From: Hemiscyllium ocellatum
Lineage: Eukaryota
Assembly (NCBI RefSeq): GCF_020745735.1
Contig: NC_083406.1
Span: forward strand, 41,290,255-41,354,254
Reading direction: 5' to 3'
DNA length: 64,000 nt
Positions 26,700 through 40,541 of this stretch are shown one piece after another. Position numbers and translations under genes: made by a program. Each line of letters begins with the position of its first letter. Positions within the stretch are counted from its first letter, which is position 1. The notes under the pieces are model-generated. The model was not told the DNA's origin, did no database searches, and saw only the letters and a program-made list of their open reading frames with translations.

Positions 26700-27540
26700 G
26701 TAGAGACATAGAATTATATAGCATGGAAACAGACCTATTAGTCCAACTCATCCATGCGGACCAGATACCCTAAACTGATCTAGTCCCATTCACCAGAATT
26801 TGGCCCATATTCCTCTAAATCCCCCTTATTCATATACCCATCCAGATGCTTTTGAAATGCTACATTGTAACCCATCTCTACCACTTCCTCTGGCTGCTCA
26901 TTCCATACAATCGCCACCCTCTGCATGAAAATTTGTCCCTCAAGTCCCTTCTAAATCTTTCTCCTCTCACCTTAAACCTAATCCCTCTAAGTTTGAACTC
27001 CCCTGAGTTGGGAAGAAAACCTTGGCTATTTATCCTATCCAGCCCCTCATGGTTTTATAAACATCCAAAGATCACCCCTCAGCCTCTGACACTCCAGGAA
27101 TAATAGCCCCAGCCTATTTTTGCCTCTCCCTAAAGCTGAAACTCTTTAATTCTGGTAACATCCCTGTAATTTTTTTCTGAGCCCATTATAGTTTAACACC
27201 ATCTTTCCCAAAGCAGGGAGACGAGTATTCTGAAAGTGGCCATATCCATATCCTGTACAGCCTCGAACGTGACATGCCAACTCCTACAGTCAATGCACTG
27301 ATCAATGAAAGCAAGCACACCAAACACCTTATTCACCTCACTGTCTACATACGACTTTCAAGGATCTATGTACCTGCACTACTATTTCCCTTTGCTCAGC
27401 AGGGTCTTACTATTAACTATATAAGTCAAGCCTTGATTTGCCTTGCCAAAATGCAACAACTCACATTTATCTAAATTAAACTCCATCTGCCACTCTTCGA
27501 CCCATTGGCATTCTGATCTATGTCCTTTTCTGTTGCAGTC
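26700..27540 (-). mobile_element. CR1 LINE 3' fragment
   Basis: ORF 27382..27570 WVEEWQMEFNLDKCELLHFGKAN; HER1-type tail at 26700. Confidence 0.85.
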
Positions 27541-28299
27541 ATGAAAATGAAAAACACAATTTAAAAACATTGCTCAATAATTCTTATCACATCTAAAATA
27601 ATTCTGTAAAACAGTTGGATTACAATTGGAGCAAACGTTTGTATGTTAGACTAAAAATAAAGTGGTTACTCTAAGCTGGCCTGCCCTGGCCATTCAGCCA
27701 ATGGTTATATCACATCACCAAAGTTTGATTGACCCAACTACATTGTGTTAGCAGCTTGAAGAGAGGGTGGGAGTCAGGGTATGGCAATTGCTATTAAAAA
27801 GAAGGTCCGTGAGGATCTCTATATTTGACTATCCTCCAAAACAAGACTCCTCATCACTCACTAACAAGACTTTCATCTCGCTGTTAAAACCTTAGCTGGA
27901 AAGTTAGCTTGATTTTCTTGATGTTGTGAATTTTGCCTTTTTGTCATATTTTCTCAACTGGCTGCCCACTGCCTGCCCACTGCCTGCCATGTTCAGGAGC
28001 TGTGAATAGGGTTGTTCTCATTTGATATTTCCCAGCCCTTTAAAAATGTAGACAAATGGTGAGTCAATTTGGAAGGTATGTTGAGGTTGGAAACATTTGG
28101 ATTCTTAATGTTGGCTGGAAAATTGAGCAAGTTTTTCTCGAAGTTTGAACACCAAGATAAGAACTACTCTTGTTATTGGAAGGAAGCTTATTTGCATGTA
28201 TTTACACCTGGTTAGTGTCTAATATTACGTTTTGATATGCCATTTTCTATTCTTTTGCATGGCAGAAATAAATTAGATTTACCAATTCCTGAAATGAAA

Positions 28300-28680
28300 A
28301 TCAGATCAAGTACCTGATAGCTGTAGTTCATCAGGTTCAGGTTTTCAGGATCACTGCAGTCCAGGGAGTGGACCATGGTCAGTCCTATGTGTCCAGCATG
28401 AATAGTCCAGTGACTGGTGATAATTAAGTCAGGAAACTCCGCAAATATCAGCCAGGGGTTAGTTCGCTCATACATCAGGCCTGTACCTTCATCTTAATCA
28501 CAGGTGTTTGGCTTTGATCATTTTTGTGGGTTTTGTTGGGATACAGAGGAGACAATAATTGTGAAGAGATACCTAGGTTTCCTGCCCGAGCCTATGACCC
28601 ACTGTATAAAGTGTGACTTGCATTGCCATCTATCGACATCTGAGTCCAAGTGTGCAGTGTAAATGAATACCTGAATAGGG
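28300..28680 (-). mobile_element. Possible very old RTE-clade LINE RT relic
   Basis: Frame-broken PRYLFTIIV, DEGTGLMYERTN and IGLT segments loosely resemble RTE RT (PTLFxI, GVxIxYRTDG, GLTI). Confidence 0.3.
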
Positions 28681-29074
28681 TGGAATAGGTATTTTTATTT
28701 TTTCTATCTTAACACATGGACTCTGCTTGAGAGTGGTTTGAGGCCTTTCAAAGAGAAGTTACATTAATTAGGCACTCACAAACTAAAAATCACCGTAGGC
28801 CCAGGGGGCCACTCGCTCATTAGAACGGGATGATCGGTGGGGACTTGAGACTCATATGAGAAAGCAGGATTATTATGGTAACTACAGTCGAGGGGTAATT
28901 GAACTCAGTGTTGGTTCACTGGCTATCAGAAACCAGCTGTCCAGCTAACTAACTCCTGCTATTGAGTGAAGAGGTGTGATTATCGCACCCTGCATGTGAA
29001 ATTAATGCAAAGATGCACTACAATATCTTTAAGGATGGTGAAGCCATTTCTTCAGCTGGTAAGACAATGTTACC

Positions 29075-29375
29075 TTTGGTGGCTTGGTAGCTCAGTGGTT
29101 AACACTGCTGCCTCACAGCACCAGGGTCCCAGGTTCAATTTCAGCCTCGGGCGACTGTCTGTATGGAGTTTACACGTGATCCCCATGTCTGTGTGGGTTT
29201 CCTCCCACAGTCCAAAGATGTGCAGGTGAGGTGAATTGGCCATGCTAAATTACCCATAGTATTAGGTGCATTAGTCAGAGGGAAATGGGTCTGGATGGGT
29301 TACTCTTCGGAGGGTTGGTGTGGACTTGTTGGGCCAAAAGGGCCTGTTTCCACACTGTAGGGAATCTAATCTAAT
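29075..29375 (+). mobile_element. HE1-type V-SINE
   Basis: tRNA-like head (ctcagtggttaacactgc...ggttcaatt), central V-domain, CR1-shared 3' end gggcctgtttccacactg and aatct tail. Confidence 0.9.
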
Positions 29376-30057
29376 ATCCACATCTGTCAAATGCTTTTGT
29401 TGCCACAGTGTACTAAATCCTCGCTGAAATCAATAACCAAAGCAATAACAAGAAAGAGAAGTTAATGGGTATTTTAAAATCACTTGTACAATTCATGATG
29501 AGTTCAACTCAATTCAAGTTACATTTAAACTTTGTTTGACATCAGCTGTTGTTCAGTAAATCTCAGTGATCATTTTAGAAAGGTATGGATTTGTTTTTTA
29601 GGAATAACGATTGAGGCAGTGTTCTGGCAGGTTTGCCAAGAGCGACATATTAACCATTTCTTCATATCATCCAGTAGAAACCATACATTTATTTTCTATT
29701 AAAAGAAGAAATGTTGTCGGCAAAATAATTTTACATTACAAATATTAAGAATACTGTCAAAACTATATTTATTCTTATATATATATCTCCACAACTTATT
29801 TCAAATGATTTACATTATACCATGTGCATTGTCAAAAAACTGAGCATATGGTGAATGATATTAATGTAGAATTTTAAATCATGATGTGTTAAATGCTGAG
29901 TTTCAGGATTCAGCAATGTGTATTATAGCAATAGTTGTAAAAAATGACTGATTAGGTTTTACTTTCATGGTTTGATTTTTATACCTAAAGCCTTTCATGA
30001 TCTAAAATGTCTTTTGTTCTTAATCATAAACAGTAACTAAAATAGATGCTAATAATC

Positions 30058-30195
30058 TCTCATTTATTTCTCCACCCTTAAGGCACTCTGCCTGTATTCC
30101 TGATGAAGGGCTTTTGCCTGAAACATCGATTTTCCTACTCCTTGGATGCTGCCTGAACTGCTGTGCTTTTCCAGCACCACTCTACTCCAGAAGCT
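30058..30195 (+). mobile_element. Short PLE-derived element with hammerhead motif (family B)
   Basis: attc CTGATGA a gggc-tttt-gcct GAAA c atc gatt at 30096-30131, then the same 3' segment as 24100-24150. Confidence 0.8.
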
Positions 30196-30567
30196 GTAAT
30201 CACCTGATGCAAGTCCAGGAGGCCAAAGAGGAAAAAAATAAAGCAGCCTGCACTAAAATTACCATTAAACTTTCATCATCAGCTTCAATTCACAGTTAAA
30301 TGAGAATTTCACACAATGATAGATGAAATACTCATGTACTGGTGACAAACTTGGAAAGACAATGGAGCCAGACAAGAGAATATGTAAATAAACAATATCT
30401 CAGTAGCTGCTTGGCAGGAGAAAGAGATGAGAAAAAACACATTTGTAACAATAAGAGCTGTAAGTCTCTCTCTCTGTCACTCACTCCTTATTTTCTCCTC
30501 ATCATCTCAAATATGGTGCTCAGTAGAAAAGTAAAATGTGAAATAAGCATTTACCAAAAACTCAAAA

Positions 30568-30781
30568 TACCGATTGTTCTGTTACAACATGCATTTTGTC
30601 AATGCAAATTCACTGTCATGTGATTAGTGAATTTGGAACGCTATTTCTACAACGCAAACATATGTTAAATGTAACACAATTATAACAATGACAATTCAAG
30701 CGCTGTGTCTAATGCACAATGTTTCTATAACGTGGGATTGCACAAGAATGCATCCATTGCATTATAGGAGAACTGACTGTA
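30568..30781. mobile_element. Tigger/pogo-type MITE
   Basis: Ends ta-ccgattgttctgttacaac and ttataggagaactgactg-ta are imperfect inverted repeats with TA flanks and resemble the termini of the 60864-63209 element. Confidence 0.6.
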
Positions 30782-31199
30782 TCTATAAAATTTATAACTG
30801 TTGACCATGAGTCAACAGTTAACAATGGTCTGACATTTAAATTCTAACACCTTAATACTCTACGTATGCTGCAAATTACAAAGTTCTTATTTTTCCTGAC
30901 ACCTTTTTAAACCCTTAACCTGCATTTGTGTCTGTTTGATAGAAAACAAAATATGTATATTCTTCCTAATTTTAATTTATGTGATATTTCAATTGAAGTG
31001 TGATAACTTCCCATTAAAAACAATAAAAGTATTTGTCGGAAATGACCAAGAGAAATTTAAAAAGAGGACCAGCCATTTCCTCCTCCTCATCTGGTCATAC
31101 TGGTCTGGCTTTAGAAATTCCACAACACTTTTTAAAAAAATTTCAGATTTTCAGAATGCACAATATTTTACTTTTATATGAATGGGAGATCAGTTTTTA

Positions 31200-31310
31200 A
31201 TGGTTGCACAGAGGCTATTAATCCAGAAACCCAAGTAAAGTTCTGGGTACCAGGGTTCAAATCCTGCCATGGCAGATGGTGAATTTGAATTCAGTGAAAT
31301 TATAACCTGA
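31200..31310 (+). mobile_element. tRNA-derived SINE head (family also at 47275-47587 and 48990-49345, minus strand)
   Basis: taatccagaaaccc...gggttcaaatcctgccatggcagatggtgaatttgaattc. Confidence 0.6.
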
Positions 31311-31330
31311 AAGGAAGAGTCCAAAGTTGA

Positions 31331-31378
31331 CATGCTGGTGTGTATACATCAGCCATGCTGGTGTGTATACATCAGCCA
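31331..31378. repeat. Perfect 23-bp tandem duplication
   Basis: catgctggtgtgtatacatcagc x2. Confidence 0.95.
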
Positions 31379-32679
31379 ATCACTGTTAGCACAAAGCTAT
31401 TAGGGGAACAACTTTGAATACCAGGTAGAGCATCAGATTTTTTCTGTCAGTCACTTTTCATGAAACATTGTGCATTGTGAATATTTTAACAGTGCTTAGT
31501 GGTAAAGGTTACACAATGCACCATTAAACAATTCCATGTCGCATAATGTTGCTGAGAATTTAATGCTATTTGAAAAGCTGCAGAACTTTTCTTTTAATAA
31601 TTTATCCCTTTTCGTCCTTTAAAAAAGTTTGTTAAAGTACCAAAGCAGCTTATAATCTCTCTTCTACCCAAAGTAAAATTTTGTTATGATGAATATTGAA
31701 TTATGTGTTATGAAGCACTTTTGACTACTTAATTACAAATTTTATTCTTAAATATCTAAATTAATTTATATCAGTGTCTTCCGGGAACTGTCCACAATGC
31801 CATATAAAGTTCTTCACAGTGTGTTGAACAACAGTTAGGAAAAAATCAGGTCACAGTTTTATAAATTGAGGCAAGAACTGATAAAAGTACACTTTGGAAG
31901 AAATAATTCATTGAAATTCTTCTCTGACCCCTTGGTCAGTCAAATTCTATTTATTAGATTTCTGTGCTCTAATTTTTCTATGTATTGTCAACCTTTTGCG
32001 AAATGTGATCTTCACTTCAGCCAGAAAACAAGTCCAATTATTATTTGCTTGAATTTGGAAAATCGGTGTTCTCAAAATGATTTGGCACCTCATAAAACTT
32101 TGAATTGCGAAAACTAATTCTGCTTAGCCTATCTAATTGGAAAATATCCCACTGGATCACTATCTAATCATTTGATAATCTTAAATGTTAGAACTCTTAT
32201 CAGGTTTTCAGTACTTTTCTGTAAATTGGGAATTGATGACTTGTGGAATTTGCAAAGAAGTTTGCGGTAAAAACGTCTGTAATTGATCGTTCAAAAGTCT
32301 GGTTAGGAACTATTACAGTAATTATTGAGAGTCTTTGAAGGTTTTAATTTTACCATGTTGTAAATACAAAGGTTGATAGGCTGATTTGGTTTGGATAACT
32401 TTTCCGTATCATAACAAAAAATTGTAATCGTACCACTCCTGATTCTATGTTTATCTGAAAATATAAGCCTCAAATTTCTTAGCCTGTCATATTGCATAGA
32501 TGTTTTGAATTGTTAATTATTCTATTGGAGAAAGAAACAAAGTTAACTCTGCTGAGCATCTCCAGCACTTCCAGTTTTTATTTCAGATCTCTGCATCCAT
32601 AGGACATTACATTACTCTGTGCATTTTCCAAAGTATTGAAATTTCTCATGTGAAAATGAGTGATAGGAATATTGCAAAA

Positions 32680-33665
32680 TCAATAGACCATGACAAGATT
32701 CCAGCAAGAATGTTGAAGATTTATGGTGCAGAACATGCCACACATTTAGCCAAGCTGTTCCAGTATACAACTGCAATACTGGAATCTACCTGGTAATGTG
32801 GGAAATTGCCCAAGTATGTTCTGTACACAAGAAGCAGGACAAAACCAACCTACCACATCAGTTTACACTCAAACATCAATAACATGATGAAAGGTAGAAT
32901 CAACAGTATTATTAAGGAATTACTCAGTCATAATATGCTCACTGAAGTTAATATGGTTTCCACCAGGGCCACTCAGTACCTTACCTCATTAGTTTTGGAG
33001 ATGCCGATGTTGGACTGGGGTGTAAAAAGTTAAAAATCACACAACACCAGGTTATAGTCCAACAGGTTTAATTGAAAGCACACTAGCTTTCGGAAACACA
33101 CTAGCTTGTACATGGCTACAAGAGCAGATCAGAGGCTATCAATGATCATTGATCAGAGCAGATCAATGACCAGCTTCCAGCATTTAGAGGGCATAAGTCA
33201 GAAGTGTGATGGATTAGTACCCACTTGCCTGGTTGAGTGCAGCTCCACCAACACCAAATGGGACAAAACACCCCACTTGATTGGCACCACATCCACAAAT
33301 ATTCAGTCATTCCACTACTGACATTCAGCATTAGCAGTGCGTACCATCTGTATGATGTATTGTGGAAATTCAGTAAGGCCCCTTACCTAATGCTTTTCAA
33401 ATCCATGACCACTTTCATCAAGTAGGTAAAAAGCAGCAGATACATGGGAACACCACCACCTGTTAGATACCTTCCTAGCCACTTGCTACCTGACATTTAT
33501 TGCCATTCTTTCAGTGTTGTTGAGATAAAATCCTTGACTTCCTTCCCTAACTGCATTTTAGATTGATCTACAATACAAGGACTGCAACAGTTCAGAGAAG
33601 GCAATTTGCCACTACCTTCTCAAGGGTGATTAGGAATGAGCAATAAAATGCTGATGCAGCCACAT
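32680..33665 (+). mobile_element. Second-family LINE fragment with a Penelope terminal-repeat fragment inserted (about 32990-33107, minus strand)
   Basis: WEIAQVCSVHKKQD motif; the insert is the reverse complement of 23975-24045 and extends to ccccagtccaacatcggcatctccaa. Confidence 0.8.
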
Positions 33666-35548
33666 TTGTAAATAAAACAATAAGACTAAAACTGAATGCA
33701 GCATTTCAACTGAAGCTTGACTAACGGTTATACAAGAACAAATCAGTTCCATTTGTCTTGTAGTTATCTTGAAAAGACACCCTGAAACATTCTTTGCTCT
33801 AATTACTATTCACATCATTGCATTTGAACCTTCAGAGATCGAAACATTAGCACATTTAGATCTCTTTCTTTCGACACCTGCTTGCTGATGAAGGGTGTAT
33901 GTTGAACATTAATGCTGTCTATAGGTAAAATACTTCTCTTCTTCAAATTAAACATAATTTCTTAGCCATGAGCAAAATTTACTAAGACATCAAGCCCTAC
34001 CTGAAGCAGTTGAGTATCTTCTGCACCTCCGACACTTGCACAGATCTGGGCATAATTTGTATGTTTAAAGAATATGCCCACAATATGCCCTCAATTAGTT
34101 TATTAACAAAATTAGTAAAGAAGAAACAATAACCATGGTACCATTAGATCCAAATTCATCCATACTGATTTCCTGTCAAAAGCATTCCATTCAATTTAAT
34201 ATATTACACCGAATGCTTAGAGAATGATTTTGAAGGTCATTTAAAGATGTCCCTCATGTGATAACATATAAAAAGGTTTTTGGAAGTCAAATTAGACAAC
34301 ACATATTGAGTTTGTTTCTTCCAACATTTAGTGATGATTTCAAAAAGCTTGCAGTTCAGGTTACCCTGCACTTTCACATGCTGAAAGAATAATAGCATTC
34401 TACGAATAAATCTGGCATTGAAATCAATGTAAGAGTGTGAAGTTTAATTTCTTATCCAATTGATACACTTAGACAGAACTGAAAATATTTAGATAGCTAT
34501 GTGTTTTGCTGTAAATTATTTCTGAATTATGTGATAATTTATATATTATTAAAACCATTGCAGCCAACAAAAATTAATTTTTGCAATGAGTTTCACTCCT
34601 TCACCTCTAATTCTGGTGACTTTAAAAGTATATATACATTTTACATTTTCTGTTCATCTCTTCAATCCATTTATCTCTTAACCCTATGTTATGACTAACA
34701 TGGAAACAAGCAAATCGTAAGATCTGAATTTAGCATTTGACCTCAATAGATGGACAAGGTTTTTATTTCTCCCATTTTCATTTAAAGACTCTCATCAAAA
34801 TCAATATAAATGAATTATGAGTTGTCAAGTAAAATAAGGCAAATATACACCATAAAATGCCAGTTAAAAATCATACATAACAAAGTTATATCTCACAGCA
34901 CCTCAGCCACAGTAATCAGCCACAATGGCTTTCAAAGCTTGTAACCTTCTCAGGTAGAATTCCAACTCCTTCTCCTTGAGGATTCCAGCCACTAATTCTG
35001 ATCCAAAGCAGCTCCTATCCACTCTGACATTCACAGGCATTGGCTTCTCTACAGTGGTGCATTATCCCATCTTAGCTTTGTTCATGTTGATGGCATAAAT
35101 TCACTAGACATATCTTTCTACAAATGCTCAGAAACAATCCTATGTGCTGTATGGTCAATATAGTCAATTGGTTCCTTTAAAATAACTGAAGCAGAGGCAG
35201 TAAGTTTTTGTTTCCATTCTTTTTTCTCCACTCAAAGATACAGCCTTCACATTCACCTATTTCAACTACTCACAATGTACCACTGGGATTTCAGCTTGAA
35301 TAGTTCACAACGATTTTATTTTCTTTCAAACAGTTTTGGTTTTCCCAGAAGCCTGAAGTTTCCATTTCAGGTTAAGTTTTAGTTTTAGTCTTCCCTAGAA
35401 CCATGAAGGGCAGAATTTTTCCATTTTCAGTTGAAGTGTTATGTCGAATGGATGCATAGCACCTAGCTTTCCATGATTCGTCATGACTTTTCTGACATAA
35501 TCTTTCACTTCTCACCACATTCATTATGTAACTACATTCTACAGCATA

Positions 35549-35775
35549 TATTAGATTATATTAGATTACTTACAGTGTGGAAACAGGCCCTTTGGAACCC
35601 GCCGAAGCGCAACCCACCCATACATTTATCCCTTCACCTAACACTATGGGCAATTTAGCATGGCCAATCCACCTGACCTGCACATCTTTATGACTGTGGG
35701 AGGAAACTGGAGCACCTGGAGGAAACCCATGTAGACATGGGGAGAATGTGCAAACTCCACACAGTCAATCGCCAG
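35549..35775 (-). mobile_element. HE1-type SINE, 5'-truncated
   Basis: attagattacttacagtgtggaaacaggccc tail plus V-domain. Confidence 0.85.
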
Positions 35776-35981
35776 GAGTCGGCTGGAATCATGCAAATAG
35801 AATCATGCTGGGACTGTGTAGTATTCATTTCACTATATTTAAATTCCTTCCCAAGCATTTGCCAGCTACTCCATGTTAACTGACAATTAATTCAATACTT
35901 GCCTATCACTTAAGAACCTTTGAAATTCCTATTAGGCCGATTGTAGGAAATACAAAATAATATTGATTTTTACTAATTGTT

Positions 35982-36295
35982 TTAGATTAGATTACTTACA
36001 GTGTGGAAACAAGCCCTTTGGCCCAACAAGTCCACACCGACCCGCCGAAGCACAACTCACCCATACCCTACATTTACCCCTTACCTAACACTACGGGCAA
36101 TTTAGCATGGCCATTTCACCTGACCCGCACATTTTTGGACTGTGGGAGGAAACTGGAGCACCCAGAGGAAACCCACGCAGACACGGGGAGAACGTGCAAA
36201 CTCCACACAGTCAGTCACCTGAGTCGGGAATTGAACCCGGGTCTCAGGCACTGTGAGACAGCAGTGCTAACCACTGTGCCACCGTGCCGCCCACC
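35982..36295 (-). mobile_element. HE1-type V-SINE, full length
   Basis: Reverse complement of ggtgggcggcacggtggcacagtggttagcactg...cccgggttcaattcc...taatctaatcta. Confidence 0.95.
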
Positions 36296-36859
36296 AGTTT
36301 TAATATCAGTTCCAACAAAGTTATGTGGTTACACATAATGTAGCTTTCTTTAGCTAGCAAATTAGAACAGATTGATTAAATAATTCGCGCAGTTAGTGTG
36401 AAATGTTCTTGTCTATGTCTTATGCATCAACAACAGCAGATAACCTTGAATCTATATTGTCCTGCTTCTGTCCAAGTCTTCTAACTACTGTTAGCTATCT
36501 TCTGCTGCATTAGCCATGGGCAGCATTTGGCCAATTTGTACTGCTCAGTCACAGGCAATCCTAACAGTCTGCTTCCACACACTCGTAGTGCCACCACTCA
36601 TGCAAATAATAGAAGCTTCATGGACTACACCTCTCAGTTGCATGTGTCATATCCATTCAACCCTCACCATCTCTCAAAAGACTAATCTTCTTTTCCTCTG
36701 TGCTTCCTGTACACTCACTGGGAACACTTTATCACACCTTCTGTTCCTTCAACACCACTAATTGCTCTTTAATCGACTTCCATCATTTTCAGTCCCTCCT
36801 TTTCTTTAATTGCAAGAAAAACCGACACAATCCTGACCATGGTTCCACAGCACCATGAT

Positions 36860-39430
36860 GTGTTTTATTATTCTTTATTCAGGGAATGTAGGTTTCACTA
36901 ACTGAGCCGACATTTATTACTCATCGATATTGATTCAACATTGCAATGATGGTGTTGAGCTGGCTTCTTGAATCTCTGCAGTCCACGGTATAAGTACATC
37001 CAAATTGCTGATAGGGAGGAAGCTTTATGATTTTGACTCAGTGACACTGTATTTCCCAGATTAGTCAGAGAGTGTGTTGCAGGGAAACTTGCAGATGATG
37101 GTGCTCGCATGTATCACCTTCCCTTTTCCTTTGAGATTGTAGTTAACATGGATTTGATATGCGCTGTCAAAGGAGCTTTGGTGAATTTGTGTAGTGCATC
37201 TTGTAGATAGTACACACTGCTAGTACAGAATGTTGATAGTGAAGGGAGTGGATGCTTGTGGATATGGTGCCAATCAGGTGGGTTACTTTGTCCTGGATGT
37301 GTCAAGCTTCATGAGAGCTGTTGTAGCTGCACTTATCCAGGCAAGTGGGGTATATTCCAGTACACGCTTGACTTATATCTTGGAGGTGGTGGACAGGCTT
37401 TGGAGAATCAGGAGGTGAGTTTCTCACCACAGTACTCCTAGACTCTGACCTACTCTTGTAGTCTCAGTATTTACGTTGTGAGACCAATTGAGTTTCTGGT
37501 CAATGTCTATCCCAGGATGTTGATAGTGGTCGTAGTGATGGCAATACTATTGAACATCCAGGAGCAATGGTGAGATTCTGACTTTCTGGAGATGTGTCTG
37601 GTACTTGTATGGTGCAAATGATTCATGCTACTTATCAACCCAAATCAGGATATTGTCCAGGTCTTGCTGCATTTGAATATGAACTGTTTCAACATCACAA
37701 ATTATTCTGAACATTGTGCAATCATCAGCAAATATCCTCACTTCTGACCTTATGATGAAAGGAAGGCCATTGAGGAAGCTGATGAAGGTATTTGGTACTC
37801 GGTCACTGTCCTGAGGAATGTCTGTAGAGATGTCCTGGAGCTGAGAACACTGATCTCCAACAACCACGACCATTGTCATTTCTCATGGAGTCATAGAGTC
37901 ATGGAGATGTACAGCATGGAAACAGACCCTTCAGTCCAACCTGTCCATGCTGACCAGGTATCCCAACCCAATCTAGGCCCACCTGCCAGCGCCTGGCCCA
38001 TATCCCTCCAAACACTTCCTAATCATATACCCATTCAAATGCCTCATAAATGTTGCAATTGTATCAGACTCCACCACATCCTCTGGCAGCTCTTTCCATA
38101 CATGTACCACCCTCTGCTTGAAAGAATTGCCCCTTAGGTCTCTTTTATATCTTTCCCCTCTCACCCGAAGCGTATGCCTTCTACTTCTGGACTCCCTGAC
38201 CCCAGGGAAAAGACTTTGCCTATTTATACTATCCTTGCCCCTCATAGTTTTGTAAACCTCTATAAGGTCACCCCTCAGCCTCCGACACTCCAGGGAAAAC
38301 AGCCCCAGCCTGTTCAGCCTATGCCTGTAGCTCAAATTCTCCAACTCTGGCAACATCTTCATCAATCTTTAAGTATAATTTGAACCAGAGCAGTATTTTG
38401 CCTCTGATTTCCATTGGTTCCAGTTTTTGTAAGGCTCTGAGTTGATACATTTGGTCAAATGTGGTCTTGATGTCAAAGACAGTCTTTTTCATCTCTTCTC
38501 ATCTATGAAATTCAGCTCTTTGGATCATGGTTGAATAAGGCTGTAATGAGGTCAGGAGCTGAGGGCCCTGGCAGAACTCAAACTGAGTATCACTGACCAG
38601 ATTGTTGTTGAGCAGGTGCTGCTTGATAGCACTGTTAATGTCACCTTCCATCATTCTCTTGATGATTGAGTCTAAGCCGATCGAGCATTAATCGGCTGGG
38701 TCTGATTTGTCCTGCTTTTCATGTAAGGGACTTTCACAATTGTATTTTCCATGTTGCTGGTAGATGCCAATATTGTAACCTAGCTTGGAATGTGGCAGTT
38801 CTTCAGTGTGATTGATAGAATATTGTCAGGGCCCAAAGTCACCACTCATTTCTTGATATCATGTGGTGTAAATTGAATTGGCTGAAGACTGGCATCTGTG
38901 ATGCTGAGGACCTCCAAAGCAAGCCAATGTGATCATCCACCTGAATTTCTTGCTGAGGATTGTTGCAAATATTTTGGCCTTATCTTTTGCACTCATGCTG
39001 AGCTCTTCAATCTTAAGGATGCAGATATTTGTGGAGCTTCCTTCTCTACCAAGTTGTTTAATTGTCCACCATCATTCAATCCTGGATCTGGCAGGATTGC
39101 AGAGCTTAAACATGATCTATTGGTTGTGGGATCACTTACTGTCAAGCACTTGCTCCTTATGCTGTTCGGTGTGCAAGCTGGTTCTGGGTTGTTCCTTCAT
39201 CAGAGTGACACTTCATCTTTTTAGTATGCTTGGTGTGGCTCCTGGCATTCTCCCTGCATTCTTCATTAAACTAAATGTATCCTCTGGCTTGATGGTAAGA
39301 GTAGGTTAGGAGATATATCAGGCATTGCGCTAGCATATTGTGTTGGAATGTGATTCTGCTGCTGCTGATGATGACACAAAGCATTTAATGGAGACCCAGT
39401 CCTGAGTTGCTAGATCCGTTCAAAGTCTAT
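36860..39430 (-). mobile_element. Second-family CR1/L2-group LINE, long fragment, interrupted by CR1 (37883-38370)
   Basis: ORF 37628..37879 IPQDS...FLNGLPFIIRSEVRIFADDCTMF (RT core); nested ORF 37973..38365 is the CR1 ORF2 C-terminus. Confidence 0.85.
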
Positions 39431-39649
39431 ATTACTAAACTGAAGGCTTGTACTTTATCTTCAGGACTGACTGTGACCCAATCCCCAACTTGCAGACGTA
39501 AGCCCTAGACTGCAGCAGGCCAAGTATCTTAATCTGACTGACTGTAGCATTACCCCCACCAACGATTGACTGGACTTCCTCCTCATCACACTTTTTACTG
39601 CTCCCTTTTGAGATTCATTTGCTTGAGGTGTTTTACTTGTACATACATC

Positions 39650-40385
39650 TCATGACTTATAAAACTTAAAACAAAACTCCTCTTAGTCCGCTCCTCCAGA
39701 AGGAAAACACTCTGTTGACTTCTGATATTTACTCAAAATTGAAGTGTATCATTCCTGGAGTCATTCTTGTTAACCTTCTTTCTGCTCTCAATAATGCATT
39801 TCCATCCTTCCTTTGCAGTGTGGTGCTCAGAACTGTATACAATACTCCACAGATGTCTAACCTGGATGTTATATGAAGGCATCATAATCTTCTTGCTCTT
39901 TCACCTTATGCATCTGTTTACGAAATCTAAAACTTGTGCTATTTGTTTACTGTTTCATCTACCTGTCCTACCAACTTTAATAACTTATGTACAATTACAC
40001 TCAGTTCAGTCTTCTCCTGCATATCCTTTAGAAGAGTATTCTTTCTTTTATTTTGTTTCCAATGTTCTTTTATTAAAGTATACCACCTCACATTTCCTCA
40101 CATTGAACTTCGTCTGCCACTATCTGCCCACACTACCAATTTGTAAATGACCTTTAAGTTTGCCAAGCTTTGCACGTCCTCAAACTTTGAAACTGAATTA
40201 ATTTGAATTGTTTTGTGCAAAATAAGATGGAATCATAATCATAGAGACATGGACTCACACAGCATAGAAAGATCCATCGTTCCAACTAGTCCATGTCAAT
40301 CATGTTCCCAAATTAAATTCATCCCATCGTCTGCATTTGGTCTATGTCCTTCCATACTTTTCCAATTCATGTACCTGTCCAAAAA
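39650..40385 (-). mobile_element. Old CR1 fragment plus a separate CR1 3' tail (40230-40385)
   Basis: gtgtggtgctcagaactgtatacaatactcc (EYCIQFWAPH on minus strand). Confidence 0.7.
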
Positions 40386-40496
40386 ATTATTATTTTTTTG
40401 CTTCTGCTATGTAACAGCATAAGAAATCTACAAAAAAAAGCCTTCAACTCAGAAGCTGCTGCAAGATCCACGGTACAATCGTTCTATCAAATATAA

Positions 40497-40498
<2 letters not shown>

Positions 40499-40541
<43 letters not shown>
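40499..40541. repeat. (TA)n(CA)n microsatellite
   Basis: Directly visible. Confidence 0.95.
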
